The position numbers and the translations under genes are program-made. Positions 10,187 to 20,662 of a DNA stretch of 64,000 nt are shown one piece after another. Source of the DNA: a virus (Duplodnaviria; Heunggongvirae; Uroviricota; Caudoviricetes); IMG/VR virus record IMGVR_UViG_3300029747_000004; one strand, given 5' to 3'. Below the pieces are notes generated by a model. That model saw only the letters and a list, made by a program, of their open reading frames with translations. It searched no databases and was not told where the DNA came from. Each line of letters opens with the position of its first letter. Within the stretch, counting starts at the first letter, position 1.

Positions 10187-10897
10187 TTATTCAACAAATT
10201 CATCCGCATGTCTACTGATCCAACCTCTATGGTTAATAGTCAAATGGCATACTATGGACCTTTCTTCTCCCTCAAAATGCTTAATGTATCTAGTGAATCC
10301 ACTTTCAGACGGATTTGGAAGGTCACACTGTAAGTCATGCCCAATTACAACAACTTTAGAATTATCACAAACTCTCGTTAATGTCTTTTTCAACTGGGGC
10401 GTCATATAATTCTGAGCCTCGTCTAACAATATTACCTTACCGTCTAAGTTTGTGCCACGAAGATATGTATCTGTAATACAAGTAATATATCCAGTGCCAT
10501 TCTTTTGATTTACCATGCTTTCATCATTAATTGCAGTATTTGGATTAATATTGCAATTAATCAAAGCCTGATAAAATGCCTCAAAATAAACAGAGCTCTT
10601 TTCAGTAATAGAACCAGGAAGCCATCCCTGCTTACGTTCACCATAAGGTGCCATGATATATACAATGCCATCATAAAATCCATACTGGACAAGAAGGTTA
10701 GCAACCCCTGTTGCTACAGTTGTTTTTCCGCAACCAGATTTTGCATTACACCATATAATATCATAATCTGGACTCCAAATAGCATTAGCAAACTTCAACT
10801 GTTCGGGATCCAACTTCATTCCATAAAAATTGGTATTATCTATAGCTCTTGGAGCTTCACCATAGTATTCCTGTTGAACTTTTTTCTTAGCCGCCAT
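10187..10897 (-). CDS. phoH: PhoH-like ATPase
   Basis: Walker A AKSGCGKTTVA, Walker B VILLDEAQN; 236 aa typical of phage PhoH. Confidence 0.75.
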   Translation of the reverse strand: MAAKKKVQQEYYGEAPRAIDNTNFYGMKLDPEQLKFANAIWSPDYDIIWCNAKSGCGKTTVATGVANLLVQYGFYDGIVYIMAPYGERKQGWLPGSITEKSSVYFEAFYQALINCNINPNTAINDESMVNQKNGTGYITCITDTYLRGTNLDGKVILLDEAQNYMTPQLKKTLTRVCDNSKVVVIGHDLQCDLPNPSESGFTRYIKHFEGEERSIVCHLTINHRGWISRHADEFVE

Positions 10898-10911
10898 ATG
10901 CTACCTCCGTA

Positions 10912-11538
10912 TTAAAATAGTTCATCTAAACTCTCAACAATTTTATCAATAACGCCATTTTCTAGCGCCTCATCCTCATCCATAAACCAATCAACTGTTG
11001 CCTTTCGCTTAAAAATCTTCGAGTCAATTTTTGTCTTACTCATTAAATGGTCAACAGTTTTCTTCGAAAGCTTATCAAAGTACTTCTTTGTAGATTCTAC
11101 TTGATCTGCCTGTCCAGAATACGCACATGAACCTGAATGTACCATAACATGAGAACCTTTAAGTCCAAGTCTAACATGGCCAGATGCAAGAATCTCCGCT
11201 GCGGCACTATATGCCGTGCAATAATTGATAGTCCATACTGGCGTTTTGCTAATTTCAATCATGTTAATAATACTCCACATAAACACAGCATCACCACCAC
11301 AACTATCAATAAAGATCTTAATTGGCCGTCTCTCCTGTATTGGAATATCCTTGTCATCTTTGTTGCAGCGCAAAATCATTTCAATTAAGTCCTGAGCACA
11401 ATCTTCAACACCATCGTTTAGCCAAAAAATCCTATCTTGTTCATCTCTATAGAGATTTCTTAAAGTTGGGTCAGGTAACTGTAAATTCGCTACATTTTCT
11501 GGTACTCCGATTAATACATTATTCAGCATATTATCCAT
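10912..11538 (-). CDS. clpP: ClpP-family serine protease (possible prohead protease)
   Basis: IDSCGGDAVFMWSIINMI...YCTAYSAAAEILASG...SHVMVHS aligns with the ClpP core INSPGGVITAGMSIYDTM...CMGQAASMGAFLL...SRVMIHQ. Confidence 0.75.
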   Translation of the reverse strand: MDNMLNNVLIGVPENVANLQLPDPTLRNLYRDEQDRIFWLNDGVEDCAQDLIEMILRCNKDDKDIPIQERRPIKIFIDSCGGDAVFMWSIINMIEISKTPVWTINYCTAYSAAAEILASGHVRLGLKGSHVMVHSGSCAYSGQADQVESTKKYFDKLSKKTVDHLMSKTKIDSKIFKRKATVDWFMDEDEALENGVIDKIVESLDELF

Positions 11539-11658
11539 ATTTGTTGTTCCTCGCTTTCATTGATTCTGTATAAAATTAATAGGGAATATCTATGCAATAT
11601 TCCCTTTTCAATATATGTATTTTTAATGCCAATTTCAAAAATACTAATAAATTACTAT

Positions 11659-12390
11659 TCATTTTGTATTGTCTACATTGTTTTCGCCATTTCTACCGAT
11701 AGCAAATTTCTGTGTTTTGTTATATTTTTTATTACATTCTTGGCACCTGCAAGTTTTTGTATCCTTACTTGTTACAATAAATTCTTGACCACAATCTATA
11801 CAAACTACGACTCTTTTTGTATGTTTATGATATATCGAACAATAGTCACAATACTTACGTTTTTTTCTATGCTTGGGCTTCTTTGACGCATCCTTTTTAT
11901 CACGTTGTAACATATTTGTTTCTTTTTCAAAATAAGCACCGCATTTTTGACATTGTAAAATATTTTCATCTCCATTATCAAATTTATCTTTAAACAATTC
12001 AATTGACTTTTGTATTCTATTTTTATTTTTTGTTTCTAACATAGAGTTGGTTCGTTTTATAACACCAACATCTGTAATATTAAATGATTCACCACCTGGA
12101 GAAATATTGTACCCATAATTTGAATTAGTTGTATTAAATAAAGCGATCAATCTAATTTCCCAAACTTTTGCCTCATTTTCTGTTAAATTTTTTGACCAAA
12201 TAATATGCTCGAAATTATCCCATCCATATTTTTGAATAGCACTCCAAAATAGTCTCTGTTGAATATATCCCTTGCCATTTTGCCACCTTCTATTTGGATC
12301 ATCTCCATAGGCCGTAATTCCAATATATGCCTTATTATTAATTATATTTCTATGAATATAAACACAATAATTATCACCTATTTCCATCAT
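11659..12390 (-). CDS. GIY-YIG homing endonuclease with C-terminal zinc fingers
   Basis: YCVYIHRNIINNKAYIGITA...RRWQNGKGY; Cys pairs at C-terminus. Confidence 0.6.
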   Translation of the reverse strand: MMEIGDNYCVYIHRNIINNKAYIGITAYGDDPNRRWQNGKGYIQQRLFWSAIQKYGWDNFEHIIWSKNLTENEAKVWEIRLIALFNTTNSNYGYNISPGGESFNITDVGVIKRTNSMLETKNKNRIQKSIELFKDKFDNGDENILQCQKCGAYFEKETNMLQRDKKDASKKPKHRKKRKYCDYCSIYHKHTKRVVVCIDCGQEFIVTSKDTKTCRCQECNKKYNKTQKFAIGRNGENNVDNTK

Positions 12391-13366
12391 GTTTTCTCTT
12401 CCATTCTCTTTTACTCAATTTATTAGCCTCATGTTGACAATACTCACATCTATATGTTGTATTATTTTTATAATCGTTAATATAAACCACCTCACCACAA
12501 TCAACACATATAATCTTCTTTGGCTCATAGTCTAACGTATATTCGTCTTTATCTTTATACTTCGGCTCATATTTTGGAACACACGTTCTACAATATAACG
12601 AATTATTATTTTGCTCATTCATATTAATGTTTTTGCCAATAACATTACCTCTAACTTTAAATAATTTACCGCAGTTCTTACATTTCTTGTATCCTCCACC
12701 ATTTTTCCAATTTAAATAAGTAAATGCAAGCTCATAATAACTTGATTCATCAAGTTCTAGCACTACAGGGTCATTTTCATCATTAGAAATATAATCAATG
12801 CGTTTACTCGTATCGTCATTCTTGTAATTCAAGTGAATAAGTGCCGCTGGTTCTCCATTAATTAACTCATTAATAAAATAATCTCTTTCTTTTGATGGAA
12901 TAGTAACATGTGCCATCTTAAACACGGTAATATCACTTTCATTCTCCCAATGTGTCGGTTCCCTACGAGACATATCCATGAACTTAGCAATTGCTAAATA
13001 ACAAAATAATAATTTTTCTTTCTTAATATCGTTGAAGGACACGATATATTCCAATTCACTTTTTCTGATTTTTATAGTGTCTACAATATTTCTCCAGGGC
13101 ATATCTTTCATTTTCTTAATATAACTCTTTATAGTCTTTGCATACGCGGATAGGTGAAACATATTTGTCCTTTTATTCATCCAATCCTCAACATAGGCAA
13201 TAATCACTTGTTCGTCTGTTGAGATGTTATAATATGCGTCCCAAATTAAATTAAATAGAATAGATGGAATAGTTGCCTTGTTAACTGGGGCATCTAATAC
13301 CACATCGATTCTTCTTCTTGTGTTAAAATAATAATTAAACTTCTCCATGGCTTTCTCCCCCAACAT
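12374..13366 (-). CDS. hypothetical protein with multiple zinc-ribbon motifs
   Basis: CKNCGK...CRTC and CVDCG...CEYC pairs; immediately upstream of the putative RNAP gene. Confidence 0.35.
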   Translation of the reverse strand: MLGEKAMEKFNYYFNTRRRIDVVLDAPVNKATIPSILFNLIWDAYYNISTDEQVIIAYVEDWMNKRTNMFHLSAYAKTIKSYIKKMKDMPWRNIVDTIKIRKSELEYIVSFNDIKKEKLLFCYLAIAKFMDMSRREPTHWENESDITVFKMAHVTIPSKERDYFINELINGEPAALIHLNYKNDDTSKRIDYISNDENDPVVLELDESSYYELAFTYLNWKNGGGYKKCKNCGKLFKVRGNVIGKNINMNEQNNNSLYCRTCVPKYEPKYKDKDEYTLDYEPKKIICVDCGEVVYINDYKNNTTYRCEYCQHEANKLSKREWKRKHDGNR

Positions 13367-16088
13367 AAATATTTTTCATTTTAAATTTCTTACGACAGCA
13401 ACTAAACTCATCATCATCTTCAATAACTGCCTCTGGATACTCTATTATGTAATTTGCTTTGTACAATAAATTATCTACAATTACATCTCCGCACATATCC
13501 CAAACGACACCTTTAGCATTCGGCTTATCATATAACAAGTCAATTAATATATCACAAAGCACTTTCTCGTTAGAGCATACCTCGTAAAATCTACCCTTAA
13601 AAATCAAATCAATAATTGATTTATCTGCTGCACCATCCTCTTCCTCAGTTACCTCGTCAGTTTTTGTCTTTTTAACAAGATTAACAATACTTGCTTTATA
13701 TTCATCGTAAACATCTCTCACCTTATAAAAATCAACGCCACTATACTCAACGCCAGATTTTATAAGTTCCTTATCAAATTTTACTTGCGGTAAACAATTA
13801 AAATCATTAAATTTCTTGTCAACAGCCCATGCAATACGATTTACAGTACCTGGGGACATATCAACTGGGCATCTATTATAAAAAATCTCACGTTCTTTTA
13901 ATAGCTCGTCCGTCAAATTCTCACTTGTAAGCAGTTCATCTAACGAAATATGATATTTTTGCTTAAGCTTTGAGTCAACCCTTTTCACATAGCTGTCGTA
14001 CTGTGTTTTTGTGGTGTTATATCTATAAATAAAGAAAAATGGCTTTCTATAAGCACAAATTCTCTTATTAAACTCCTTTTCAAGCGTAATTTCATCACTA
14101 TCTTGAGCATTTGGCAGACATTGAGATAAATTATTCCATTGCGTATTCATTGGAGTCATCTTAATTCCTTTTACAGAATCAATACTTAGCTGCTGAAAAT
14201 GTTGAATACAGATAGTTCTATACTCCAATTCGTCCCATTCTTTACTACCAATTTCAAATTTTGACTGTAAGTTTAACATACTAGTACCAATGTTAGTGAT
14301 AGATCCGACCTTGTTCTTAAATCCTCGTTTATTACTTGCTGCAATATTTTCTTCTGTAGGAAGTATCTTTGGAGCTTTTCTCTGCTGACAGTCAAGTGCT
14401 GGCAGCAACCTGTGCTTTTCAACAAGAATTTTACTGTTCGTAGTAAAAATTATGTCTCCATCTTCATCGCAGCCAGATTCAGCTATGCGTAAAGTATCCC
14501 ATGAATTAAGAATGATACAATCTTTTATATACCTAAACCAGTAATCCGCACTAGCAGAATATTTAATTTTTTGCTTCACTATGTTGAAATGAGCACACAT
14601 TGGGGATCTCATGCACACAACTTCTGAAACATGTTTGTCTCTCCAAAATTTATGATAAATCTCACCAGCGCCCAACAAACCTTGAACTTTTAATCCAAAA
14701 ATATCTTCACACATTGCATATGGATCACCAGAAATAAGAGCAAAATTACCAGAAACGTCAATTGTTGAAATCTTGGCAAGCCGAATTTTCTTACGAATCA
14801 TACGCTCAATTCTTGAACGAACATATGGATCATTAATTAACTCTCTATTTATCATTAAAGCACGCGCAATTACATCAGATTTCATAACATTTTTATCATT
14901 CAACCCCGTCCCAGCAAGATAAACAATTGATTTTCTTGGATCAAGCGCAATAATATCTTGAATTTCTTCAACGGTGGGTGAGATTAACTCATCAATATCC
15001 TCGTCACTCAAATAATAACTTTGAGTAAACTGATAATTCAAATTTCTACTCTCATCAAGCTCTTCGGACACCTTTGTAAGCCTAAAATCATACCCATGTT
15101 TAATACAATTTTCATAATACGACTCATAACTATCATATGCATCCCATAATTTTAGCTGACTTGTGGTAATAATTACGTCTGCATCCATTACGTTACGCTC
15201 TTGCCCCCATGCGTCAATCACTGTAGTTTTATTAGCAATAGTTTTTGCAAATTCCTTAAAATCAAACGTGAATAACATTCCTTTTAAAAATGCACAACGT
15301 GCGCACACCCCAGAAGAAATTTCGTCAAGTCCAATAGCTTCTTTTGTGATTTTTTGGCTATATTCTGGAGTCATAATTCCGCAACCATCATTTATTTCAA
15401 TTTCAATGCTCTTACCTTTGACTTCGCGCACAATTGGATCATTAGAGTTAATCCCGTCACTAACCTCAATAACATCTGCATCGAATGAAGTATTTGTCCC
15501 CCTAACAACAATCATTTTAGGCCAAGAAACTGCATTAGATGTTGATGATGTAAGCGCAAAATATGCTTCAAGTTTGGCAGGAGTATACTCTATTTTTTCA
15601 TTCCTGCCATTATTAATCATCTTATATACAGACGGATACAACTTTGAATTAATGAATAGCACCGTACTCATTTTTAACCCGCCTGGAGTGCCATATAATC
15701 TATGAAATAGCTCCCCATTAATGATTAAACTTTTGCAACAATTATCAAAATGAGACTTTTTGTCAAACTGAATGGACACTAAATTTGGCTCAAATTGTAG
15801 GCTATACAACTCATCATATTTACTTTTAATACTTTTCTTATTTTCTCTGGTATCATCAAGAGTTTTTAAATACTTTATTTCCTTTCGCACCTGTTCCGCT
15901 TTTAAATAGTTATCACCGGTGCCTGTCATATCTTCAATCCATTTAATTAACTGACTATGACCAACGCTGATCACTATTTCAGAATTACAAGCTATATCAC
16001 TTAATGAAATATTAACATTGTAATTATTCATGTCCAAATAAGTGCTATTCAACTTGTATATATACTTTTGTGGTCTTAATGGTTTCAA
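13335..16088 (-). CDS. putative single-subunit two-barrel RNA polymerase (YonO/QDE-1-like), TTG start
   Basis: 917 aa; ESGCDEDGDIIFTT carries a DxDGD signature like the catalytic NADFDGD/DYDGD of double-psi beta-barrel RNAPs; no other recognisable motif; inference. Confidence 0.45.
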   Translation of the reverse strand: MKPLRPQKYIYKLNSTYLDMNNYNVNISLSDIACNSEIVISVGHSQLIKWIEDMTGTGDNYLKAEQVRKEIKYLKTLDDTRENKKSIKSKYDELYSLQFEPNLVSIQFDKKSHFDNCCKSLIINGELFHRLYGTPGGLKMSTVLFINSKLYPSVYKMINNGRNEKIEYTPAKLEAYFALTSSTSNAVSWPKMIVVRGTNTSFDADVIEVSDGINSNDPIVREVKGKSIEIEINDGCGIMTPEYSQKITKEAIGLDEISSGVCARCAFLKGMLFTFDFKEFAKTIANKTTVIDAWGQERNVMDADVIITTSQLKLWDAYDSYESYYENCIKHGYDFRLTKVSEELDESRNLNYQFTQSYYLSDEDIDELISPTVEEIQDIIALDPRKSIVYLAGTGLNDKNVMKSDVIARALMINRELINDPYVRSRIERMIRKKIRLAKISTIDVSGNFALISGDPYAMCEDIFGLKVQGLLGAGEIYHKFWRDKHVSEVVCMRSPMCAHFNIVKQKIKYSASADYWFRYIKDCIILNSWDTLRIAESGCDEDGDIIFTTNSKILVEKHRLLPALDCQQRKAPKILPTEENIAASNKRGFKNKVGSITNIGTSMLNLQSKFEIGSKEWDELEYRTICIQHFQQLSIDSVKGIKMTPMNTQWNNLSQCLPNAQDSDEITLEKEFNKRICAYRKPFFFIYRYNTTKTQYDSYVKRVDSKLKQKYHISLDELLTSENLTDELLKEREIFYNRCPVDMSPGTVNRIAWAVDKKFNDFNCLPQVKFDKELIKSGVEYSGVDFYKVRDVYDEYKASIVNLVKKTKTDEVTEEEDGAADKSIIDLIFKGRFYEVCSNEKVLCDILIDLLYDKPNAKGVVWDMCGDVIVDNLLYKANYIIEYPEAVIEDDDEFSCCRKKFKMKNIYVGGESHGEV

Positions 16089-16105
16089 TACACATCACCG
16101 CCAAT

Positions 16106-16705
16106 TCATTTTGTACTACCTATTTTTTCTTCACACGTAAATCCGCATAACTCTTTAGCTCTTTGCTGTACCATATCCCATATTTTACAATTATCAAACT
16201 TCGAATTTAAATATTTCTTAAGCTTTTCTGGTTCTAATTTATGTCTAGATGTTTCACTAACGCATGGCGGTCCAGGCATCCCACAATGATTAACACAATG
16301 TTCCCAAAAATCAGTTTTGCATTTATAGCGAAAATCTGTAACCCACAAACTATCATAGTGTATAAAAATATGAACCTTCGAAGAAATATTAAAAGACGCA
16401 TGGAGTATTTTGCCCTTATATGTTTCCGCGTTTCCATACTTAAAATCCCATCTATCGGCAAAGCCACCATCAATCATCTCATGCCCTTTACCTGCTGGCG
16501 CATTGCCATCATACATATCTCTTGTGTAATTTTGGAATGCATTATATGTTGCGAAGATCTCATCATCACTTAACTTCTTCATTGCTTTCACCATCCATCT
16601 TGGCACCGCACTTTGGACAATAATCACTCGCACGAGCTTCTTCGTCAAAACAATTAGAACAAATATATGTCGGTCGTAAAAACGAATCATCTCCGACAAA
16701 TTCAA
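16106..16705 (-). CDS. hypothetical protein
   Basis: ORF in leftward operon. Confidence 0.35.
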   Translation of the reverse strand: MNLSEMIRFYDRHIFVLIVLTKKLVRVIIVQSAVPRWMVKAMKKLSDDEIFATYNAFQNYTRDMYDGNAPAGKGHEMIDGGFADRWDFKYGNAETYKGKILHASFNISSKVHIFIHYDSLWVTDFRYKCKTDFWEHCVNHCGMPGPPCVSETSRHKLEPEKLKKYLNSKFDNCKIWDMVQQRAKELCGFTCEEKIGSTK

Positions 16706-16928
16706 CTATACCGCAACCTTCAAGCCATTCCGCATGAATTACTGGTTTAAGTTCGTGATGGCACACATGCATTCCATCATAAAAGTTATTATCAAAAGTG
16801 CATTTAAACTTTGGTGGAAGTGAAGTATAACACTGCCCATCATTAAAAGGACAATTTCCACAAGTTCGCTCACCAAAAACATTTAAGATCAAAACAATAC
16901 TCATCCTCGTCACCACCACATTGCCCAA
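16566..16928 (-). CDS. hypothetical zinc-ribbon protein
   Basis: CGNCP...CxxxxxC and CSNC...CPKCG pairs. Confidence 0.35.
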   Translation of the reverse strand: MGNVVVTRMSIVLILNVFGERTCGNCPFNDGQCYTSLPPKFKCTFDNNFYDGMHVCHHELKPVIHAEWLEGCGIVEFVGDDSFLRPTYICSNCFDEEARASDYCPKCGAKMDGESNEEVK

Positions 16929-17314
16929 AAAACTTTACTCAAAACCTTAAAAAGATCATCCTTAGCCACATCTCTCTTTTCACAATCATAAAAATCATCA
17001 CTTGTTAAAATAATTCTACAATCTCTAATCATTCTTTTAATGCACTGCATTTGAGTCATGCGACGGCCATCCACATCAAACGTATGCCATTTGGGATCGT
17101 CCATCACGATAATTTTACTTACATTGTCTTCAAAATATCTAAGCCGTTCGTAGAGCCACATAATTAGTGTTGTATCCATATTAAACGTGTCACGACTATC
17201 GAAATCTGGATAATCCTTTTCACCATATGGAAATGGGAACCTGCCATTTGGAAAAATTTCACGTAGATATTTATGTTTCATGTATTTAACATCTCCTTGA
17301 ACTTTATAATGCAT
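16910..17314 (-). CDS. hypothetical protein
   Basis: ORF in operon. Confidence 0.35.
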   Translation of the reverse strand: MHYKVQGDVKYMKHKYLREIFPNGRFPFPYGEKDYPDFDSRDTFNMDTTLIMWLYERLRYFEDNVSKIIVMDDPKWHTFDVDGRRMTQMQCIKRMIRDCRIILTSDDFYDCEKRDVAKDDLFKVLSKVFWAMWW

Positions 17315-17742
17315 TTATCAAGCTCCACATTAAATTCTTCTTGTGTAATTTCTTCATCAAAAAACACAGGTTTACCATCTTTGATATTAAAATACACAGT
17401 GCCACAAGAACATGGTGCAAATTCATCTATATCATCCTGGCAATATCTTTCACATGGAAATTTTGGATCATGCAAAAATACTGCAGGAAACAGGTTTTCT
17501 TCATAACGCTCTCCACTAAGCATCAAAAGAGTTCTTGGTGTACCAATAATTTTTACAATGCTACCTAAGTCAGACTTATAGCACTTTCCAACAAATTTAC
17601 GTGCTAATTCTTTATTTACTTCTCGCTCTTTATTTTTAAGTTCTCGCACAATATTTTTAAGCCTGCTAATTTCATCATTAATTTCTTTAAGCGTCATCCT
17701 CTTCATCCTCCGAACAATCCTGAAATGCGCATTCCATAGCAC
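17278..17742 (-). CDS. hypothetical protein (N-terminal coiled coil)
   Basis: ORF in operon. Confidence 0.35.
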   Translation of the reverse strand: MLWNAHFRIVRRMKRMTLKEINDEISRLKNIVRELKNKEREVNKELARKFVGKCYKSDLGSIVKIIGTPRTLLMLSGERYEENLFPAVFLHDPKFPCERYCQDDIDEFAPCSCGTVYFNIKDGKPVFFDEEITQEEFNVELDKCIIKFKEMLNT

Positions 17743-17899
17743 ACATAAATTCGTTCTCTAGCCAGTATAAATAACTATCCTCGTCATATGGCATGTTTCT
17801 GGACTTTCTAAACTCAATCCACGCCTCAATAATGTCATAACAAAAACAGTCCATTGCGATGTAATTAGTAAAAATATTATTCATAAAAACTTCCTCCAT
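17687..17899 (-). CDS. hypothetical acidic protein
   Basis: ORF. Confidence 0.3.
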   Translation of the reverse strand: MEEVFMNNIFTNYIAMDCFCYDIIEAWIEFRKSRNMPYDEDSYLYWLENEFMCAMECAFQDCSEDEEDDA

Positions 17900-18074
17900 C
17901 AGTTAAACTCTAGACTTAGTAATATATCCGCATTTTGTGCAACGCCAACGGTCAATAGATTTGCACGGTCTGTCTTCATTTTTGCGAAAATAGTTCGCTT
18001 TTCCAAGGTATTCCCATTCATGTTTACAAAAGCATGAACGAATGTAGTTAATAACCCATCTCATACAACCACCT

Positions 18075-18257
18075 CTAATCTAATTTGTTAATGCTTAGAA
18101 TAATAGCCTTTGGAACCTCGCTTGTAACCTTCGAAATAATAAATTTAAGAAGATCTTCGCCTCTTAACTCACTATAAATAAGGCTATTACCGAAATAAAT
18201 TCCAAGTTCATTGTATGTCCAAGAAACGAAATACGCATGTGTTTTCTTCATATACAT
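18075..18257 (-). CDS. hypothetical protein
   Basis: ORF. Confidence 0.3.
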   Translation of the reverse strand: MYMKKTHAYFVSWTYNELGIYFGNSLIYSELRGEDLLKFIISKVTSEVPKAIILSINKLD

Positions 18258-18572
18258 CCATCACCAAAACCATTTAATATCATCAGGGTCTCCAATATAC
18301 TCTTCAACATAAAATATCTTAAGCCATGGGAATTTGTTCTTAAAATATTCTCTTGCTTCTTTTTTACTATTTGCTCGCACCGCATACGGAGTAGTAATTG
18401 GTGAGCTCCGATAATCTGCAGTAATCATGAATATTTTCATGTAAAAACTCCTTACTGTTACAGTGTATGTTTTTGCGCAAAAACCGCCAATTTGATTCTA
18501 CCCTTACAATTTATCATCTCACATAGAAAAACGCGAAATTGGTGTAATTTTCTAGATTATTAATCTATATTT

Positions 18573-18869
18573 TTAACGCTTACGCTTCTCTCTTGCATCC
18601 GCAAGTCTCTTAGCCGCAGCTTCGCGCTGTTCATCAGTCATTTCCCTTGTGCGAGGAGGACTAAGCTTAAACCAATTCTTAGGTACGTGTGCCACAATAT
18701 ATCCATCATTATTTTCTGGATACGTAGTGATTTCAACATCATCTGGATTAGATTCTTTTAGTTTTAGAATCTTATTTACCCATTTTCGTTCGCACGTACA
18801 AAAAACGGCATAATCATCAACATCCAAAAAATCAAAGCTTGTTTCCTTAAAGTCTGCCATTAACATCAC
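18573..18869 (-). CDS. hypothetical protein
   Basis: ORF; leader motif upstream at ~18876. Confidence 0.35.
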   Translation of the reverse strand: MMLMADFKETSFDFLDVDDYAVFCTCERKWVNKILKLKESNPDDVEITTYPENNDGYIVAHVPKNWFKLSPPRTREMTDEQREAAAKRLADAREKRKR

Positions 18870-18878
18870 TCCTACAAT

Positions 18879-19313
18879 TCATTTTGTACTGTCAAATTTG
18901 CTCCTAACAAATTCAACGCTGCTAGACTTAATGTCTTTGTAATAATAATTACTACCGTTAACTGCAAATTTACCACCAGCAAAGTAGATCACTGCTTCAT
19001 GATAACCACCGCCATAACTGCGCATCTTTACAATATCATGTTCAAAAAGAAGTTTACCATTTTTGTCTTTGACACCAGTGCTACGACAAACTGTTTCTGG
19101 GTCAACCTCAACATATTCAAGAAGTGGCTCGAATCCCCAATCACAAAAACCATCACGGACAATATAGTGCCTAGTTTTAGGGTCATCTGATGAGAAACAA
19201 ACTTTTACCGCATCATGTTTTACATAATACCCATAAACCCATTCGCCGCTATCAATGCACTTACCCCGAAATAAAATCTCGTTTTCCATATGGTTGAAAG
19301 TACCCCCTGTCAT
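18879..19313 (-). CDS. hypothetical protein
   Basis: ORF. Confidence 0.35.
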   Translation of the reverse strand: MTGGTFNHMENEILFRGKCIDSGEWVYGYYVKHDAVKVCFSSDDPKTRHYIVRDGFCDWGFEPLLEYVEVDPETVCRSTGVKDKNGKLLFEHDIVKMRSYGGGYHEAVIYFAGGKFAVNGSNYYYKDIKSSSVEFVRSKFDSTK

Positions 19314-19440
19314 AGAATGCGGTTGTGATTGTTTATGTCATACAATGCCATAAAGATCAAAACAAGAATCATAATACAGTAAACCCAATTCATTTAAATG
19401 GCCTCCATTCATTTTGTATTACCTGTATCTAGTATAGCAC

Positions 19441-19757
19441 CAAATTTTGGAAATGTCAAGAGGGTAATTCAATTCCCCCTACAACCCCTTTATATTATTA
19501 TTTAATATATACTATGTAGTTTATATATAATACACTATATAGTTTATATATATTATTTAAATAAATAAATAAATAAATATAAAATATATAAACAATACGA
19601 GTTATATACGTAGTATATAACGAGTAAGAGGATAAATACGTAGTATTTATACGATAACCTAATGTAATATCTATTGTAATAATACTAATGTAATATAGTA
19701 TACTGAGTATACTTTGGTTAGTATAACCAGTATATTTTGGTATGTATACTGAGTATA
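19441..19757. repeat. AT-rich repeat region with near-palindromic GTATACTGAGTATA / GTATAACCAGTATA units and (AAAT)n; candidate origin or operator array
   Basis: Direct reading: TATACTGAGTATA x2 flank GTATAACCAGTATA; TATACG-AGTATATAACGAGTA repeats; no ORF. Confidence 0.5.
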
Positions 19758-20105
19758 TTATGGTGCGTGCGGCGCAGCCAACTTAAATTCCTCTACGGCT
19801 TGTTCATTATAAGTCAATATTCTTTGTTTCCTACCCTCAATACAAAATACTTTTTTATTGATAAAACCATGAGCTAAAAGCTTGTTTATAGACTTTTGTA
19901 TAGTTGCCTGTGTAGTAAAGCATTTTTCAGCAAGATATTTATTTGATGCAAAAAATGTTTGGCCTGAATATTCGTATGAATGAACAAGGCTAATAATACG
20001 CGCATCAACTAAAGTAAATTGCTCTTTTGTAGGTTTATCAATATTATATTTTATCATTGCGTCAAGTATCTCTTCGTCAAATGGAGAATGCTTATAGTCT
20101 TTCAT
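19758..20105 (-). CDS. HTH protein resembling phage replisome-organiser N-terminal domain (paralogue of 48308..48622)
   Basis: FFASNKYLAEKCFTTQATIQKSINKLLAHGFI parallels YLYFASNMNGYSIALSPIAIEEAIGISENTYRAAFKELLEYGYL; adjacent repeat array. Confidence 0.45.
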   Translation of the reverse strand: MKDYKHSPFDEEILDAMIKYNIDKPTKEQFTLVDARIISLVHSYEYSGQTFFASNKYLAEKCFTTQATIQKSINKLLAHGFINKKVFCIEGRKQRILTYNEQAVEEFKLAAPHAP

Positions 20106-20109
20106 TCAT

Positions 20110-20340
20110 CTACACCTTCTTCATAGTTAAAAAGTATATTTGATTTAAATATCTTGATTGTACTCTGTGACGTTCACCATTAATATACTGATTTTTCTTG
20201 GATATACAAAGTTTATTAATTGATTTTTGTGTAAGCGCATGACCTGCATTTGATATAGCGCAGGAATACCGATGTTCATGCACAATACTCATAATTATTA
20301 CGTCAGATCCATTTTGTTTGTACAAGCATAGCGTCATCAA
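20110..20340 (-). CDS. small HTH-like protein
   Basis: ALTQKSINKL segment resembles the HTH of the neighbouring 115-aa protein. Confidence 0.3.
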   Translation of the reverse strand: MMTLCLYKQNGSDVIIMSIVHEHRYSCAISNAGHALTQKSINKLCISKKNQYINGERHRVQSRYLNQIYFLTMKKV

Positions 20341-20499
20341 ATCTAGAATTCTTATACGGACTCTTTACCAGGTTAATTTCTCCTTTTCATTTTGTACTAC
20401 CATAGGCGCTGTAATTATATCACAGGATTTGGCGCTTGTCAATATAGACTTGAGTGTAATGTTTTTGAATGTAAAATCGTTTTTTGTGGCTTGCCTTGG

Positions 20500-20662
20500 G
20501 GATTTTACCTATCAGGAGTTAAAGCGGCTAATTTCTTCAAAAACGTAGATTATTACAGTAAATTTTGTATTTGTGTCCATAGCACAAAATATAGGCTTGA
20601 GTTAACGGCGCTCTATAGGATTTTACCTGTTTGGTGCAAAATCCGTTAATTTCTCTGAAAAT
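20500..20662. repeat. two ~45-bp imperfect direct repeats (GGATTTTACCT...TAATTTCT)
   Basis: 20500-20545 versus 20618-20662 read directly. Confidence 0.5.
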
